Assembly: GCA_965202585.1 (NCBI GenBank)
Contig: OZ241827.1
Span: 26,784,001-26,848,000, forward strand
DNA length: 64,000 nucleotides
Direction: 5' to 3'
Origin: Thalia democratica
Taxonomy: Eukaryota
The translations under genes and the position numbers were made by a program. Shown in pieces: positions 62,257 to 64,000 of this stretch. The notes below the pieces were generated by a model that saw nothing but the letters and a program-made list of their open reading frames with translations, was not told where the DNA came from and ran no database searches. Position 1 is the first letter of the stretch. Each line of letters opens with the position of its first letter.

Positions 62257-63202
62257 GTTTCGCTGATCTATTTTGAAAATTTTGTCTCTGTTAAGCTGTT
62301 CAACTAGTGAAACGTTGTTGGTCAATAAAGTATTTGAGTATAAAAACAGTTGTTTTGATTTTTCGAAGGGCCCTGCTTGTAGTGATTTTGAAGATTTAAA
62401 GCCTTATTATATTATAATTCATTACAAGATACTAAGAGTACTTATTTAACTTTAATATAATTACACTAAACTCTTTTAATACTTAAAATCTAAAAAACTA
62501 ACTTTCATACCACTATCAACCAGATTTGACAAAACTAGTATAGTAGTATTTTCACTATTTTCTTTTTCAAGTTCTTCATATAACTCATCATTTATTCTAA
62601 CACTTCTGCATTTTTTTTTTTAATTTGCAACATAATTAGTTTACTTAAGAATAACTATTCATATCTTAAAAGGAAATTTTAATACGTTTTTAAATTTAAT
62701 GTAAAGTTGAGTTGTTCTATAAAGCACTTACTGTACACTGTTTTTATAATATGTCATTTAAGTTTTAGATATGTTTTACTGATAACAATCTCAAACAACT
62801 AACAAATAAGTGTGTATACTTTAAGAGGTCAAAAGATTCTTTTAAGCTAAATGGTTATATTGTTGGTAATATATCAAAACTAAAAGTACTTTTCAAAGTA
62901 GACATGAGCTATATACCATGAGCCTTTGCTAATTAAGTATTTTCACTAAACTCAAGTGTACAACATACAGTAAAATTTAAAGACACTTTATTTGAGATTA
63001 AGGTTTTGGACTATAATAAAACCTTTGTATAAGTTTTTTGAATAGCAGAGACTTTTTGAATACTAGCTTTTCTTTAAAGTTTTAATACAACTTTATTCAA
63101 ACGATTCAGTGATTTGAAGTTCATTTCAAAACTAGAGTTTTGCAGTGGTATTACTACCAGTGCTATTAAGACAGGTTAAGCTTGCAAAATCACTACAAAT
63201 GA
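62257..63202 (-). CDS. Tentative further 5' exons of the iGluR (63202-63158 and 62402-62257)
   Basis: AG/GT borders and phases that join in frame to the 61308 exon (ICSDFASLTCLNSTG / FKSSKSLQAGPFEKS...KIDQRN). There is no recognisable homology and the donors are weak. Confidence 0.35.
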
Positions 63203-63465
63203 CTATATTTATAATGAAAATTAAAATACTAATTATTGTGTTAGTTGTTTTTAAGTAAAGTTAAATAGTTTGCTTTTGGTTAAGTAGGTAAAAGTAAAAG
63301 AAATTAGTAGATTACGTAAACAAAACTTCATGGTAAAAAATTTGTGTATAAAAAATTTACTGGAAAATACTTTATAATATAACAAAAAAAGATTTTTTTA
63401 CAAAAACATAAAAACAAGTAAAACAGACATTACAAATTATATAGAGCACTTTGCTTATGTTTTTT

Positions 63466-64000
63466 CTAGTTTTTAAGTAGGTATTTTGCTCGATGTCTAC
63501 AGGTGTTCATGAGTTTGTTTCTTATGTTGATACAGTTCCTTTTCTCCTTCAAAATTGTTAGGGCCTTTGTTATACATAGTTTGCATGTGTTTTTTCCTTG
63601 TCTGGTTTTTTGGATTTGCTTGCTTATTCTTCTAAGGATCTCATATTCTTGTTTTTTTATTTCTTTTAATTAAAGGATTACTTTAGACAGTTCGGTTGAG
63701 TTCTTATATTTTAGATGGTTCTTCTGATCTAGGTGAATCTTAAATGTTGTTTTATGCACTGTGATTCTTTTTTAAATTTTGTTTTCTGTTAGTCCTATAT
63801 ATATTTTGTTGCTGTTAGACTCTATTTTAGCTTAATATATGTTATTTTATTTTTTACATTCATTATTTTTTAATGGACATTTGTGTTTTTTCTGCAGTTT
63901 CACTCTTTTAAAATACTTTTATCTTTGTTGGATTTGAAGATCTTGTAGTTATGACATTTGACAATGTTTTCAATAGTAATCATGCAGGAGTAGCTAATTT
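63466..64000 (-). mobile_element. Decayed Penelope-like retroelement: GIY-YIG endonuclease region, continuing past the window edge
   Basis: Manual translation across stops and one frameshift gives ISYSCM...IVKCHN...NCR...CPL...C...NIY*AKIESNSNKIYIGLTE...R...H...STELSK...CKLCITK...N.RNKLMNTCRHRAKYLLKN*. This matches the characteristic Penelope/Poseidon linker, GIY-YIG and C-terminal CxLC...CRH pattern. Confidence 0.85.

Noticed and set aside
1-64000. tRNA, rRNA, snRNA/SL-RNA genes, CRISPR arrays or prokaryotic systems
   Set aside because: No cloverleaf, A/B-box pair, rRNA motif or repeat-spacer array was seen by eye, and the DNA is clearly spliceosomal eukaryotic. An Infernal/tRNAscan run would be needed to exclude small ncRNAs.

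Overview
This is AT-rich, intron-rich animal genomic DNA; a tunicate-like invertebrate is my inference, not a proven assignment. Left to right it holds two tandem intronless PGAM5-like genes that have lost their catalytic residues (the first runs off the left edge). Next is a ~25 kb multi-exon gene (gene A) encoding one N-terminal C2H2 zinc finger plus a long low-complexity nuclear region. Then comes a multi-exon putative transcription factor (gene B) with an N-terminal HTH-like motif, a Q/S/N-rich middle and an atypical C-terminal CxxC...HxxxH finger. On the minus strand is a divergent ionotropic glutamate receptor whose LBD/TMD core is one 1562-bp exon; it has GluD/GluN1-like ligand residues and an unusual pore and gate. 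Mobile DNA comprises three non-autonomous hAT elements with TIRs and 8-bp TSDs, two inverted-repeat MITE-like elements and a decayed Penelope GIY-YIG fragment at the right edge. The middle ~15-53 kb has many CpG-rich non-coding islands loaded with CRE/ATF palindromes (TGACGTCA). Gene models were assembled by hand from splice signals and phase continuity, with no transcript or database evidence.
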